A DNA stretch of 64,000 nt from IMG/VR virus record IMGVR_UViG_3300019762_000006, positions 1 through 64,000 of that record; one strand, 5' to 3'. Below, one piece after another: positions 26,724 through 38,002 of the stretch. The notes under the pieces are model-generated. The model was not told the origin of the DNA and made no database searches. It worked only from the letters and a program-made list of their open reading frames with translations. Every line of letters begins with the position of its first letter. Position 1 is the stretch's first letter. The stretch is from a virus. The translations under genes and the position numbers were made by a program.

Positions 26724-28501
26724 TGAAAGAACCACAAATTGATATACGACAGACAGCAGTACAGCAACATATAAACAGAGTAGGATTTAAGAACAAGTTT
26801 CTAAGACTTTGGGGAGATAACGGTATAGCCCTTAGTGGTAGACATATATACTATCCAGATATGGAATTCAGAAATGTAAAGCTATTTAAGTTTCTGAACA
26901 TGTATGAGGATCTAAAGGAGTCTACAAATAATATGAAAGGTGTAGAATCTGCTTGGATATACTTAAACCCAGAAAAAATGAAATCCTCAGATTTGACTGA
27001 AGAGCTGTTAGTACAGACCTTAGAGTTTAACATACCTAACGGTGTGTATAGCATAACTGTAGCTCCTAAGGTAAGGCTAGTCAAAAGGAAATTCGGTGGG
27101 ATATTTGGTACTACAACAGTAACTGAAGAAGGCCCTGATACTTTAGGTATACTAAGTGATACATATGTAAATGGGGATGGGACTATAGACCATAAGGTAC
27201 TAGGCGAATACATCAAAGATAACTACACCACATTAGTGTCAGACTATATAATAGACCCTAATAGTACTCCTGAGGAGGATTCTGAAAGTATAGAAGTAGA
27301 AACAGCTAATTTGGTGGCTATGTACGCTTTAGGAGGTTCAAATGGGTTCAGTGTAGAAGTTACAGGAATGACTTACACTTTTTCGGAATCTGCCAAAATA
27401 GTGAAACAAGATAATGGTACTTCAGTTAGCTACCCGTATCGTACTAAGGCTTTGAATATAGAGATGAAAATAGAACAGATTGGCGCTATAGGAGAAGATG
27501 ACCCTATAGTACAAAAAATAGTTGCAAAATATAATGAACTTGAAGCATTGGATGAAGCTAAAAATGCAACGAATTCGTCAGTAGATAGCGCACTTAGTAA
27601 AGTATCAGAAAAAACTGATGAGATATGGGTGAATGGTCTGATGAGGCTTGACATATTTAGTGCCCAAGTCCTGAAGACCAAAGATTTAGTTCCTATAATA
27701 ACTGGCTCAATAGATACAGGCTACCAAAAGAAAAAAGCAAAATGGTATAGCAAATTACTTTCAATTATAGTACTAGTAGTAGCAGTATACTTGACAGCAA
27801 TTTCTGGTGGAAGTTTGGCACCATTAGCTAAAGTGGCATTAGTAGCTACCGTTGCTACGTTAGCTGTTACTGTTACCAGTGTAGTTCTAACTGCATGGGG
27901 AGACTATGCAGGAGGAGCATTCGCAGGTAAGCTATCGCAAGGATTAGGTAAAATATCTGCTATAGTAGGATTCCTAAATCTGGCAAATATAGCAGTTAAC
28001 GCACTACGAACAGCTGCTACGGAAGGTGCCAAACAAGCAGCTGCTCAAGAGCTTGGTAAGCAGGCCACTGAAGTTACAGCTGCAGAGTTAGTTACTTACC
28101 AAGCAAGTAGGTCTCTATTAGACACAATAACCCAAACAGCTGCTGAGCTATTTAAAAATACGGGAGGTAACTTCCTAAGCACAAAGCAAGGATTGACAAT
28201 AACTAACAAAGTGTATGGTATGTACACAAAAAACAAGTTAGAAAAGCTGTCCTCGAAGCTTGAATCAGCAGAGACTAAAGAAGCGAGTTACGCTGAGTTA
28301 GAGGAGCAGATGAGATCAAAAGACATTAGTAAAGAATTTATAAAAGCTGGAGCTGAAGTGCTAACTGATAGTATAGATGACCCCTATGACAACATATACA
28401 GTGGTTGGTCTACCAATATGCATTCAGGCAATATACAGAAGACTAGTTGGAAATGGAATAGGACTGGTGCGAAGGACGGCTTAAGGAATGATAAGATATA
28501 A
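26723..28501 (+). CDS. membrane-segment virion protein (N4 gp53-like)
   Basis: KKAKWY followed by long hydrophobic helices; no Cys; gene order. Confidence 0.65.
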   Translation: MKEPQIDIRQTAVQQHINRVGFKNKFLRLWGDNGIALSGRHIYYPDMEFRNVKLFKFLNMYEDLKESTNNMKGVESAWIYLNPEKMKSSDLTEELLVQTLEFNIPNGVYSITVAPKVRLVKRKFGGIFGTTTVTEEGPDTLGILSDTYVNGDGTIDHKVLGEYIKDNYTTLVSDYIIDPNSTPEEDSESIEVETANLVAMYALGGSNGFSVEVTGMTYTFSESAKIVKQDNGTSVSYPYRTKALNIEMKIEQIGAIGEDDPIVQKIVAKYNELEALDEAKNATNSSVDSALSKVSEKTDEIWVNGLMRLDIFSAQVLKTKDLVPIITGSIDTGYQKKKAKWYSKLLSIIVLVVAVYLTAISGGSLAPLAKVALVATVATLAVTVTSVVLTAWGDYAGGAFAGKLSQGLGKISAIVGFLNLANIAVNALRTAATEGAKQAAAQELGKQATEVTAAELVTYQASRSLLDTITQTAAELFKNTGGNFLSTKQGLTITNKVYGMYTKNKLEKLSSKLESAETKEASYAELEEQMRSKDISKEFIKAGAEVLTDSIDDPYDNIYSGWSTNMHSGNIQKTSWKWNRTGAKDGLRNDKI

Positions 28502-28538
28502 TAGAGACAAAATAGAATAAAAGTAATAGGAGATAACT

Positions 28539-29060
28539 ATGACAGAAAAAGAAATGCAAGCAATACTTGCTAATCAAACAGGACGTGACGAGTATACGGA
28601 TTTGGGATTTAGTAAAAACGGGCTGATAGCACCTAATAGTAGTGCATTAGCCGGACAGTTAGTCACTACGCAGCCTACAACAACTTTGGGTAATCCTGGA
28701 CTATCTGGAACTGTGGGGACAGAAACAACATCCCCATTGCTACAAGAAGGTGGATATGTGCCAAATCTTAAGTTCGATGCGAATAGTAATGTGACAGGTG
28801 TGGATACTACTACAGGAATTGGGTTAAATGCCCCTGTAGGTACAGGTAACTCGGATGCATCGTGGTTCTCAGAAAATAAGGATATGCTAAGTGCTGGGTT
28901 GGGATTAGGTCAACTAGGTTTAGGTGTACTAAATTACAATGCAAATAAAAAACAGTTAGAAAGTGACTTGGCTACAGCACAACAAGCTAGACAACTAGCA
29001 CTGGCAAGAGCTGCTAATAAAACTGGGATTCAAAACAAGTTCCAATCGGTATGGAGTTAA
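28539..29060 (+). CDS. ejection protein (N4 gp52-like)
   Basis: Gly-rich GLGLGQLGLGVLNY; no Cys; gene order. Confidence 0.6.
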   Translation: MTEKEMQAILANQTGRDEYTDLGFSKNGLIAPNSSALAGQLVTTQPTTTLGNPGLSGTVGTETTSPLLQEGGYVPNLKFDANSNVTGVDTTTGIGLNAPVGTGNSDASWFSENKDMLSAGLGLGQLGLGVLNYNANKKQLESDLATAQQARQLALARAANKTGIQNKFQSVWS

Positions 29061-29061
29061 T

Positions 29062-30390
29062 ATGGCAATAGATTTAACAGGTGGTATAAGTAGCGCGTTA
29101 TCTGATACCTTTAATAGGTTCAATCAAGACGACTTAAACAAGAAAGCAGAACTGGCTAAACAAGAACAGCTTAAGTATGTGAGAGATAGAAATGCTGTGC
29201 TAGATGCACAAAATAAACAGCTATTCGATATGAAAATAGCTGAAGCGAATAGGCTAAAACAACAAGACAATAGACTTGGTGAAATAATGGGTAAGCTTAG
29301 TAACACAACAGCAGAACAAGTAGTGAGTACTCCTGGAAATGCTAATGAAGTTGCTGCTCAACAAGGGCTGAACCAAAGAGTAGACCAAAGATTACAAAAC
29401 TATAAGCAGAATCAAGACAATAAATATACAGATAACTTGTTTGCTGCATTAGATGCACAAAATGAGGCTCTAATGAATGTTAAAGAAGGCATTATGTTGT
29501 CTAAACCCAAAGACCCTAGAAGTACTGGGTACACTGTAAGTCCTGTGAAAGGTACAAGTAATGAAGTGTACACTACTACTGAAGGGGAAAGACTAACATT
29601 TGACCCTGAAAGTGCGGTTGGTAAACTGCTGTACGGAAAGAATACTGGTGGAGGATATGAACAAGTAACTCCTGTTAATGCGGTAGTTGGCGGTGAAGAG
29701 GCCAAAAAGGCTACAGCAGAGATGGAAAGAATAAAAGCTGAAGGGCCTAAATTCAACGATAAGCGTATTGAAGCAATAAACAGTAGCAGAGTAGACGTAG
29801 ATAAATTAGTTAAACCCTCAAAAGAGATAAAGAATGTGAAACTTACTAAAGATGAGTGGGCCCAGAATGCATACAATATAATTGCTAGTGACCCAACATT
29901 GTCTGGAAGTGCCAAAGCTAAAGCAATAAACTCCCTAAACACTCAAGCAGAGTTGCTATTTGGTAAAAGTAAAGAAGCTACCTATGACCAAATATTCAAG
30001 GCAAAGAAAGCTATAAAAGAAGAAGCTGATGCTAGACAGACAAGTACAGCAATTGCTAGAGACTTAAATATAAGAATACCTAATGGTATGTCAGGCAAAT
30101 CTGCGTTAGACTATGTGAAAAATACTGAGGCGTATAAGACGCTAGGAGATAAGAAAAAGTATAATAAATATGGTGCAGGGCCAGAAACTCTAAAGGCTTA
30201 CGATAGTGGACTTGGTACTATAGACTCAGATGACCAAAAGAAAATTGAAAAAGCTGCGGCCAAAGCTAAGCTTACGGATAAAGATTTGGCTAGTATAATA
30301 ACAACTATGAATACTAAGGACTTAACTCCTAGATTCAGTGGTAATGTTACTGAAGATGTACTAGACTACATAAATAGAACTTCTAAATAA
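29062..30390 (+). CDS. ejection protein (N4 gp51-like position)
   Basis: Directly upstream of vRNAP; no Cys; Q/N/K-rich. Confidence 0.55.
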   Translation: MAIDLTGGISSALSDTFNRFNQDDLNKKAELAKQEQLKYVRDRNAVLDAQNKQLFDMKIAEANRLKQQDNRLGEIMGKLSNTTAEQVVSTPGNANEVAAQQGLNQRVDQRLQNYKQNQDNKYTDNLFAALDAQNEALMNVKEGIMLSKPKDPRSTGYTVSPVKGTSNEVYTTTEGERLTFDPESAVGKLLYGKNTGGGYEQVTPVNAVVGGEEAKKATAEMERIKAEGPKFNDKRIEAINSSRVDVDKLVKPSKEIKNVKLTKDEWAQNAYNIIASDPTLSGSAKAKAINSLNTQAELLFGKSKEATYDQIFKAKKAIKEEADARQTSTAIARDLNIRIPNGMSGKSALDYVKNTEAYKTLGDKKKYNKYGAGPETLKAYDSGLGTIDSDDQKKIEKAAAKAKLTDKDLASIITTMNTKDLTPRFSGNVTEDVLDYINRTSK

Positions 30391-30446
30391 TGCTATAAGG
30401 TATGTTATGTTAAAATAGTTAAAATATACAACTATAAGGACATAAC

Positions 30447-33400
30447 ATGCCAACTCAAGAAGAACTTCTAAACGCTGTATTCGTAAATACAAATAACACA
30501 CCAAAACAAACAAATAATTCACAATATGTATACGATGCAGATACACTATACCAAAATGGTAATGGGTACAGAGTAGAAGGGATAGATGCTCCTGAGATGC
30601 CATCCTATGCACTAAAGCAAGAAAGAATTGCAAAGGCACTAAAAAGCAAGCTTGGAAGATTCGTTAGTAAAGCAACAGCTGGAGAAGCTGCTAAACTAGA
30701 AGCTGAACTAAGTACACTGAACTTCAATGGGATTGACTCAGGATTCCAAGAAACAAGCTTTAATGACAATCAACTACAACCTACTTACCAAGAAACTCCA
30801 CAATCCGATTCAAAAGGGGTATATGGGAGAGATATACTCAATAACCCAGCATACCAAAATGAACTTGTGGCTAAAGGATATGCAATACCTGCGTTTGATA
30901 ACCAGACACCAGAAGGTCAAGCACTAATGCTAAATGCAAAGAAACAAAAGCTTGGGCTTTGGGCAGATCCGGAATATGCTGCTGAAATGGAAGCAGTGGC
31001 CAATAAAAGAGGTACTAGTACAGTAGAAGAGATACCTGAATACAATATACTAAGGGGCGTGGGTTCTGCTGGATTAGATGTAGCAGCTAAGGTTGGTGGA
31101 CTGATTGGTGAAACTATTGAGTCTGCTGGTGAAGGAATTGGAGTAGATGCTGTTAAAAACAGCGGAACAGCATTGCAAAATGCCTTTACAGAGTTCCAAA
31201 GAAAACAGTATGGTAAAGAGATAACTGGGTATGTAAGTAGAAATGTAGATGAGCTTAGCGCTGAAATAGACGATACAATAAAAAAAGATGGATACATGTC
31301 TGCAATAGCTAAGGCTGTGACAGACCCAAGATCACTGGAAGTACTTGCAAATAGTGTGCCTGAAATGATAGCACTTGCGGCTAGTGTTGGAGGTATGGCT
31401 GTAGCGAATGTGAACAATAACATAAATATGGCCGAAGCTGAATTAGGTAGAAAATTAGACACAAAAGAAAAGGTGTTGAGTGCTAGTGCTAGTATAGTTG
31501 GTACGTACATGGATAGATTTGGTGACAAATTGGCACTTAGTGGGATGAATCCTACTAAAGAAGCACTAAAGACTGTGATAAATAAAATGAGCCAAGAAGG
31601 TAAAAATACACTTAGTAAGAAGTATGGTAAAGAGATACTTACAATAAGTTCTGCTCCACTTAGACTAGCTAGTGCAGGTGCTATTGAAGGATTGACTGAA
31701 AAAGGTCAAACAATGCTAGAAACTGCTGCACAAACTCCTAGAGTATTCGAGGAAGGATTTACAAAAGAAGAACTAGATGAATCCAATGTTGCTGGTGTAC
31801 TTGGGGTTACTATGGGTACACAAATGGCAAGTCCAAAAGTTGTTTATGATGTAGCTACGAAAACAGTGCCAAGTCTTCCAAAGGCTAGTAAAGATATACT
31901 AGAACGAGCTACAGAGACAGAAGCACAACGTAAAGTAAGAGAAACTACTGAAGTAAGTGCTCCAATTAGAGAGGCTGCAATAGACAGTACACTAAAAGGT
32001 GACACAGACAGTGTGGTAAAATCAGCTGAGGAGATGCATGGTAAATTAGCTAAAGAGTTAGATGGAAGTGCTCCAAAGAAGTATACATACAATGTGGTAC
32101 TATCAAATGCACTGAATAGAGCACACGAGTCGAATGATGACACAGCAATAGCTAATGTGTACAAAACAATTGGTGATTTAAATAACCGAAAAGATGTAGA
32201 CTTCAAAGCATCTGAAATGGTAGATAGTAGAATGTACGAAGCTACTAAGGAGTTTCTGGACTTAGTCAACAAAAATGACTTAACAGCAACAGATAAAATG
32301 GAAGCAATAAACTTAGGTAAAAAGATAGGTGAGAATGCTACTGAACAAAGTGCTAGTAAAAGTAACATACTAACTGAAGTAAGATTGATGAAAGAGCAAT
32401 TGGAAAAAGAGAAAAAAAGCTTAAAGTCAGTTAAAGGCTCAGAAGACTTTGGTGGACCAATAGATAAGCTAATGAAAATAGTAGATGATTACTTAGAAAA
32501 TAGAGATGCTGAAAAAGTGAATGCTCAAGTAATGGACTTAGGGTACATAGAATTGGATCCCACAAGTGGTGTACTAAAAGCAGATCCAAATAGACCTGGG
32601 TTACGTGTATATGCTAAAGAGCTAGAAAAACAGATGCTAAACCCTAACACTAATAAGAACTTACTAGATAAAAAAGTAGTTGCTAGTGGACAAGTAACAA
32701 TACCAAAGCTAGCTAAATTTGCTAAGAGTAGACTAGATAAACTAAATCCATACAAAGATAATTCTGCGTACCAAACAAGCTCATTACTAAACACACTCAA
32801 GGCCGAAAATGAACAAATGAGTAACACAATAGTAGAACTAGTGAAGATTGCTAGTAAATTAGAAATAGACAAAGAAATAAAAGATAAGTATGTAGCAAAG
32901 CTAAAAGAAGCTGGTAAAAGTGCTGTAGAAGCAAATAAAGAGATGCTAAGAAGAGAAAAGTTAATAAATGACACAACTAAACCAAGTGGAAATGGACAAC
33001 TTGCGTTCCAAGTAGACCCAGATGGTACTGAATCAATAAGACTGGTAAGTGGTGAAAGTAACACAAAAGTTGCTGATGTAGTAGATGGTAAAGTTGTGCC
33101 AATTGCACAAGAACAGAATGCGGAACAAGTTGCAGATAAACCTCTAAGTAATGCTTCAATAGTTGAAAAAGCTCCAACTAAAGAATCAATGAAAGAAGAG
33201 GGTGTAAGAAATGCTAAAAATGTGACAACTGCACCAAAGCCAAAGCAAACAGTAGTGCAATGGTTAACAGCACAACTGGATGAAATGGTTGATAACCAAA
33301 AAAAGACAATGGTAGAAGCTGCTAAAGAAATAAATGACTACTTAAGTGCACAAGGATTAGATAAAGATACAATTACTAAGTACAATGTAATACTTAGAAA

Positions 33401-36400
33401 GCTGGTAAAAGATAGAGTGGATGAAAAGAAAACTCCTCTGAATAAAGTAAGAGCTAGGGTATCAGAATTGGATACAGAACTAAGTAAGCTAGTTGAAAAC
33501 GTTGAGGATATGAATATGCTAGTACACGTAAAAGAGTACTACAAAAGAAAACTTGGTGAAGTACAAGCTGAAAGAACTACATTGAATAAGGTGCTTGATA
33601 GAATGGAGGCAGAACTAACTAAGAGAACTGGTACAAATAGAGTAAGCAAGTTAAGAGAGCTTGCTGACAAACTAATAAAAGGTATGGTAAGAGCACTACA
33701 AGAAGTTAAAAAAAGAATAAATCTAGTAAACGCTGAGCACGATAGATTAACATCAGAGCTAAATGAAATATCAACAATGATAAAAACAATTGAAGAAGAA
33801 TACATAGGTACAGTAGAACCCGAGATAGAGACTAGACAAACATCAATAGGAGAAATAACAAGATATGAAGATAGTGCTTATGGACCTATGGTAGAGCTTG
33901 GTAACAAAAGAGTAAATGCTAGAAGAACCCTAAGTCCAACAGGTAAGGTAGTACAAAGTCCGTCAAGTGCGTTGAATGATGCAATGGAAGTACTAAAACA
34001 GGATAAAATAGAAGAGTTGAATGCAGAATTAACAGAACTTGCTAGTGAAGGTATAACAAGCTTAGGAGCTAAAATACTAAAAAGAAACCTAGAAAACTTC
34101 CCAATAGTGTCTCCAGTACATAAAATACTTACTAGTGGGTATGATAGTGTATTCGGAAAGCTAGAAGGAAATATATTCAAAGATGCTGATAAATTACTAG
34201 AAGTGTTACCAAAAGGATTCAAAGACTTCTTTGCGTCAGACAAAGAGAATGAACAGGCACTAATAGATAACTTCCAAACAATGAGCAAGTATATAGAAAA
34301 TACTAAAATTGGAGATATAAAAATTGGTTCAAATAGGATTAGTAAACATATAGATCAATTTGGATTGGTAATGAACCAAAAGCTTGGGTTTGTGCCAATT
34401 GAAAGACAACTAATAGTTGGTGACAGAGTAAAGATTGGTGAAACAACATACTTAATAGGTAAAATAGAAGGAGATAAAGCTACTGTAACAATCCCAGGTA
34501 AGAAAGGTACAAGCACAAAGAAACTAAGTGAGTTCCAATCAGTTAGAGAGAAACAGCCTGAATCGTTTCCAGTAGATATAATAGAACTAATAGGAACTGT
34601 GAAAGATGATAAACTGGAGATAGATGAACAAACTGAAACAATACTAAAGTTCTACACAGCTAAGATGGTAACCGATACACAAGCTATGATTGGTAAAATA
34701 CTAAGCTTCGATGAATCAGAAATGGGACTGTACTTAGGTATCACAGATCCAGATGAACAGATAAAAGTCAAACAAGATGCACAAAATGGTTTGGTAAATT
34801 CTGCAAGTGTACGGTCAGATATAGGGAATGAAGTATACCAAGCACTAGGAATAAAGTTAACAAAGAATACTCCTGAGTTTACTGAAGAATCACTAACATC
34901 TGCGTTAGGTGTACTAGTACAAGCAATAGCAGTAGATAATGGTACAATGTCAATGGATAAGCTAACTGCAGAGAAGAATACAAACTTGATACAAGTAAAC
35001 AGAGCAGCAGTAGATAAAGCACTAGAAGTAGATGGTAGAGGTACTGAACAATTAGCAAAAGCGATGAGTAAACTACAGTACTTGAATGAAGCTAGAAATA
35101 GACCCCTACCAAAAACTGCAAAGCCTAAGCGTAAGACTAGTAGAAATGTAATGAATACAAAAATACCTATGGATGCATTGAATAACGATAAACTGAATGA
35201 TATGGAACAAATAGCATATACAATTAGTCCTAAACTACAAATGTGGTTGGCTATGGATGAAACAGAAGCATTGAAAGCCAGAGGATACGTAGAAGTTGAG
35301 TCTGCTGGTCTGCATATAAGTGAACAAGATGCACAACAAGCCAGAAATGATAAATTGGTAAGAGAATGGGAAATACTTAAGATATTTGCTCAAGCAACAA
35401 AGAATAAAAAGTTTTACTTAGATTGGGGTCAAACAGTAAGTGGTAGATTCACAATACTAAATGACATACAGTACCAAGAAAGTAAACTGCATAGAGAGTT
35501 TGTGGTAGCAGACAATAGCACAGAGACAATAGATGTAAATGATGCTGATTCAAGACAAATGTTGGAAGCTAGCATACTACAAGGGTTAGACATGGACCCA
35601 GATAAGTTAAGTACAGAAACAGCTAGTGCTAACTTCAATAAACTGTTCAAAGTAACAGATAAAGGAATTGAGGTAACTGAAAAAGGGGCAGTAAAAACAG
35701 CATATGAAGCATTGAGAGCTGGTAAGGTAGATGCGGATGCAATGGCAGAAGTATTTGCTGATTCAGAGGGACATCATGGTATAAGCTCAATAGAGTTGCT
35801 AGTAGATTGGAACAAAGCAATAGTAGATGGTACTACACTAGAAACACACGCTAACTTAGAAATTGATGCGATAACAAGTGGTATGATACTAACATTACTA
35901 CAAATAGGTACAGATAAAGCAATAGAACTTGCTGAAAAAGGTGGAATATATACGGCTGATAGAGCAAAAGAACTAGAAGCATATGTAAAACATTGGTTGG
36001 GTGATGTAACATTTACTCCAGGAGCATTGATTGAAGCTGGTAAGAAACACGCATCAGCAATTGAATCTGGTACAGATAAAAAGTTGCTAAAAGGACAAGA
36101 AACTAACTTACAAAGTGATACAGTATTCAAAGACCTGTACTCAACAATTGGGGTTGGGATGATTGAAGAAGTTCAAACATATAAAGAGAGATTACTAGCA
36201 AAATCGGATAAGACTGAGTCTGAAATGAAACAACTTGCAATGTTAAATGAGATCGGAGAGTTGAACTTAAAGAATATCCGATCAATTGCAAAGAGTCCTG
36301 TAATGGTATACATATACGGAGCAACAGTAAACTCAATTAAGAAAAAGTTAACATACTCACTTGGAATAGATACACTAGTTAAGACAATAAAGAAAGCTAG

Positions 36401-38000
36401 TAAACTACTAAAAGAGGGAAAAGATGCTGGTAAAGAGTTGGGGTTTGTAGATATGTATATACCAAACAAAGTGTACAAAGATAGATTCGGTGGTAAGATT
36501 GCAGATAATATGCCAGAGTGGAAAAAGTTGCTACACTTAGATATAGATAGTGGCACAATAAAAACAGTAGGAGATGTGATCAATGCAACATTTGGAACAG
36601 CAATTGAAACAACATTCGATAGTAGACTAGGATTCGTAGATAGAAATAGGGATGCAGTAAAAACCCTAGAAATAATAGCGTTCGAAGCATACCAAGTAAG
36701 ACTGGCCGAAGAAGTAGAAAACTTGCTAAATAGTAGATACGGGGAAGCAAAGCATGAAGGTGAGTCCTACAAAATAAGTAAAGATGACTTGGTAAACATA
36801 AACAACAAACTGACTGCACAAGGGTATGGGCATGACATCGTATGGGATGAAGCAGGTAGAGATAGAGTAAACCAAACACTTAACAAGACTGGTACTAAAG
36901 GGGGATTACATTCAAGTAGTGTGACAGTTGGTGACACAAAAGTTGGAGGGCAGATAAAACAGAATAAAGCAATAGTAAATACAGGTGCTGCATCAACAAT
37001 ACCAATCCATGCAATAGATGGTAGGATGATACTAGAAACACTAAATAGAGAATTAAAAGGTCCGCTAAAGGGTAAATACCATGGTGGGAATGTGTATGAT
37101 GCTGTAGTGCTAAGTGCTAACAAAGCAATGCTAACAGACACAGCAGACTACTACAATAAGAATATGATTGAAATAGGGTTCAGTAGATCAATAGTAGCAG
37201 ACCAAATGGCCCTAGTAGAGAATATGCTAAGTACAATGAGTGACAAACAAAAAGTAAAGATGTTCAATAGATTAGGTCTAAGACCTGAAGGAGATACTAG
37301 AGAAGACTTTACAAAAGAAGTAAACAGACTTCACTTAGGAACTGGTAAAATGCTGGAGAGACTAGAATTAGCTGAAACAACGAATAAGGAAAGATTAGTA
37401 AATAGTGGTAAAGAGTACATGTCTGGACATCTGTACCAAATGGGTTCAGGAGTAGTAAATATACCTGCTAGTGAGGTAAGAGCTAAAGAGTTCCCAGCAA
37501 TAACAACACTTAAAACAATGCTAGAAAATAAGATGATTGCTGATAGAAAACAAACAGCTGAGGAATTTGCTAGTAAGACAACAGGACAGCCAGACTATGT
37601 GCTAAACTTGTATGATATAACACAGAATACACAAGTTAAGTCAAAAGCAAATATAGCACAAATGGTGAATAAAGGCGATAAGCTAAAAGTTAGTGATAAC
37701 TTAACAGAATCTCTAGGTAGCAAAGATACAGTTGAAATAGTAGGTTCAGTTGGTAGTGAGTTAAACAATAGTCAAAAGTGGTGGTTAAATAATATGAAAA
37801 ATAATATACTTGCATCAGATGCTGGTATAGTAGCTAATAGCAATACATCAGAAAAGACAATGAGTGAATCAGGTAGAGAGCTAATTGAGGGTGTGTGGGT
37901 TAAACAAAAAGAAGCTAAAAACAAGCTAGAAAAAGATATAATAACTCCAAGTGAAGCATTCAAAAAGAATGTAAATAACAAGATAGAATGTAAGGAATAG
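30447..38000 (+). CDS. virion RNA polymerase, N-terminal plus catalytic part (N4 gp50-like), with N-terminal thermonuclease domain
   Basis: T/DxxGR (TVSGR), motif A EIDAITSG, motif B RSIAKSPVMVYIYG, motif C VYDAV; SNase motifs DADT / RVEGIDAPE / YGR / GLW. Confidence 0.9.
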   Translation: MPTQEELLNAVFVNTNNTPKQTNNSQYVYDADTLYQNGNGYRVEGIDAPEMPSYALKQERIAKALKSKLGRFVSKATAGEAAKLEAELSTLNFNGIDSGFQETSFNDNQLQPTYQETPQSDSKGVYGRDILNNPAYQNELVAKGYAIPAFDNQTPEGQALMLNAKKQKLGLWADPEYAAEMEAVANKRGTSTVEEIPEYNILRGVGSAGLDVAAKVGGLIGETIESAGEGIGVDAVKNSGTALQNAFTEFQRKQYGKEITGYVSRNVDELSAEIDDTIKKDGYMSAIAKAVTDPRSLEVLANSVPEMIALAASVGGMAVANVNNNINMAEAELGRKLDTKEKVLSASASIVGTYMDRFGDKLALSGMNPTKEALKTVINKMSQEGKNTLSKKYGKEILTISSAPLRLASAGAIEGLTEKGQTMLETAAQTPRVFEEGFTKEELDESNVAGVLGVTMGTQMASPKVVYDVATKTVPSLPKASKDILERATETEAQRKVRETTEVSAPIREAAIDSTLKGDTDSVVKSAEEMHGKLAKELDGSAPKKYTYNVVLSNALNRAHESNDDTAIANVYKTIGDLNNRKDVDFKASEMVDSRMYEATKEFLDLVNKNDLTATDKMEAINLGKKIGENATEQSASKSNILTEVRLMKEQLEKEKKSLKSVKGSEDFGGPIDKLMKIVDDYLENRDAEKVNAQVMDLGYIELDPTSGVLKADPNRPGLRVYAKELEKQMLNPNTNKNLLDKKVVASGQVTIPKLAKFAKSRLDKLNPYKDNSAYQTSSLLNTLKAENEQMSNTIVELVKIASKLEIDKEIKDKYVAKLKEAGKSAVEANKEMLRREKLINDTTKPSGNGQLAFQVDPDGTESIRLVSGESNTKVADVVDGKVVPIAQEQNAEQVADKPLSNASIVEKAPTKESMKEEGVRNAKNVTTAPKPKQTVVQWLTAQLDEMVDNQKKTMVEAAKEINDYLSAQGLDKDTITKYNVILRKLVKDRVDEKKTPLNKVRARVSELDTELSKLVENVEDMNMLVHVKEYYKRKLGEVQAERTTLNKVLDRMEAELTKRTGTNRVSKLRELADKLIKGMVRALQEVKKRINLVNAEHDRLTSELNEISTMIKTIEEEYIGTVEPEIETRQTSIGEITRYEDSAYGPMVELGNKRVNARRTLSPTGKVVQSPSSALNDAMEVLKQDKIEELNAELTELASEGITSLGAKILKRNLENFPIVSPVHKILTSGYDSVFGKLEGNIFKDADKLLEVLPKGFKDFFASDKENEQALIDNFQTMSKYIENTKIGDIKIGSNRISKHIDQFGLVMNQKLGFVPIERQLIVGDRVKIGETTYLIGKIEGDKATVTIPGKKGTSTKKLSEFQSVREKQPESFPVDIIELIGTVKDDKLEIDEQTETILKFYTAKMVTDTQAMIGKILSFDESEMGLYLGITDPDEQIKVKQDAQNGLVNSASVRSDIGNEVYQALGIKLTKNTPEFTEESLTSALGVLVQAIAVDNGTMSMDKLTAEKNTNLIQVNRAAVDKALEVDGRGTEQLAKAMSKLQYLNEARNRPLPKTAKPKRKTSRNVMNTKIPMDALNNDKLNDMEQIAYTISPKLQMWLAMDETEALKARGYVEVESAGLHISEQDAQQARNDKLVREWEILKIFAQATKNKKFYLDWGQTVSGRFTILNDIQYQESKLHREFVVADNSTETIDVNDADSRQMLEASILQGLDMDPDKLSTETASANFNKLFKVTDKGIEVTEKGAVKTAYEALRAGKVDADAMAEVFADSEGHHGISSIELLVDWNKAIVDGTTLETHANLEIDAITSGMILTLLQIGTDKAIELAEKGGIYTADRAKELEAYVKHWLGDVTFTPGALIEAGKKHASAIESGTDKKLLKGQETNLQSDTVFKDLYSTIGVGMIEEVQTYKERLLAKSDKTESEMKQLAMLNEIGELNLKNIRSIAKSPVMVYIYGATVNSIKKKLTYSLGIDTLVKTIKKASKLLKEGKDAGKELGFVDMYIPNKVYKDRFGGKIADNMPEWKKLLHLDIDSGTIKTVGDVINATFGTAIETTFDSRLGFVDRNRDAVKTLEIIAFEAYQVRLAEEVENLLNSRYGEAKHEGESYKISKDDLVNINNKLTAQGYGHDIVWDEAGRDRVNQTLNKTGTKGGLHSSSVTVGDTKVGGQIKQNKAIVNTGAASTIPIHAIDGRMILETLNRELKGPLKGKYHGGNVYDAVVLSANKAMLTDTADYYNKNMIEIGFSRSIVADQMALVENMLSTMSDKQKVKMFNRLGLRPEGDTREDFTKEVNRLHLGTGKMLERLELAETTNKERLVNSGKEYMSGHLYQMGSGVVNIPASEVRAKEFPAITTLKTMLENKMIADRKQTAEEFASKTTGQPDYVLNLYDITQNTQVKSKANIAQMVNKGDKLKVSDNLTESLGSKDTVEIVGSVGSELNNSQKWWLNNMKNNILASDAGIVANSNTSEKTMSESGRELIEGVWVKQKEAKNKLEKDIITPSEAFKKNVNNKIECKE

Positions 38001-38002
38001 AT

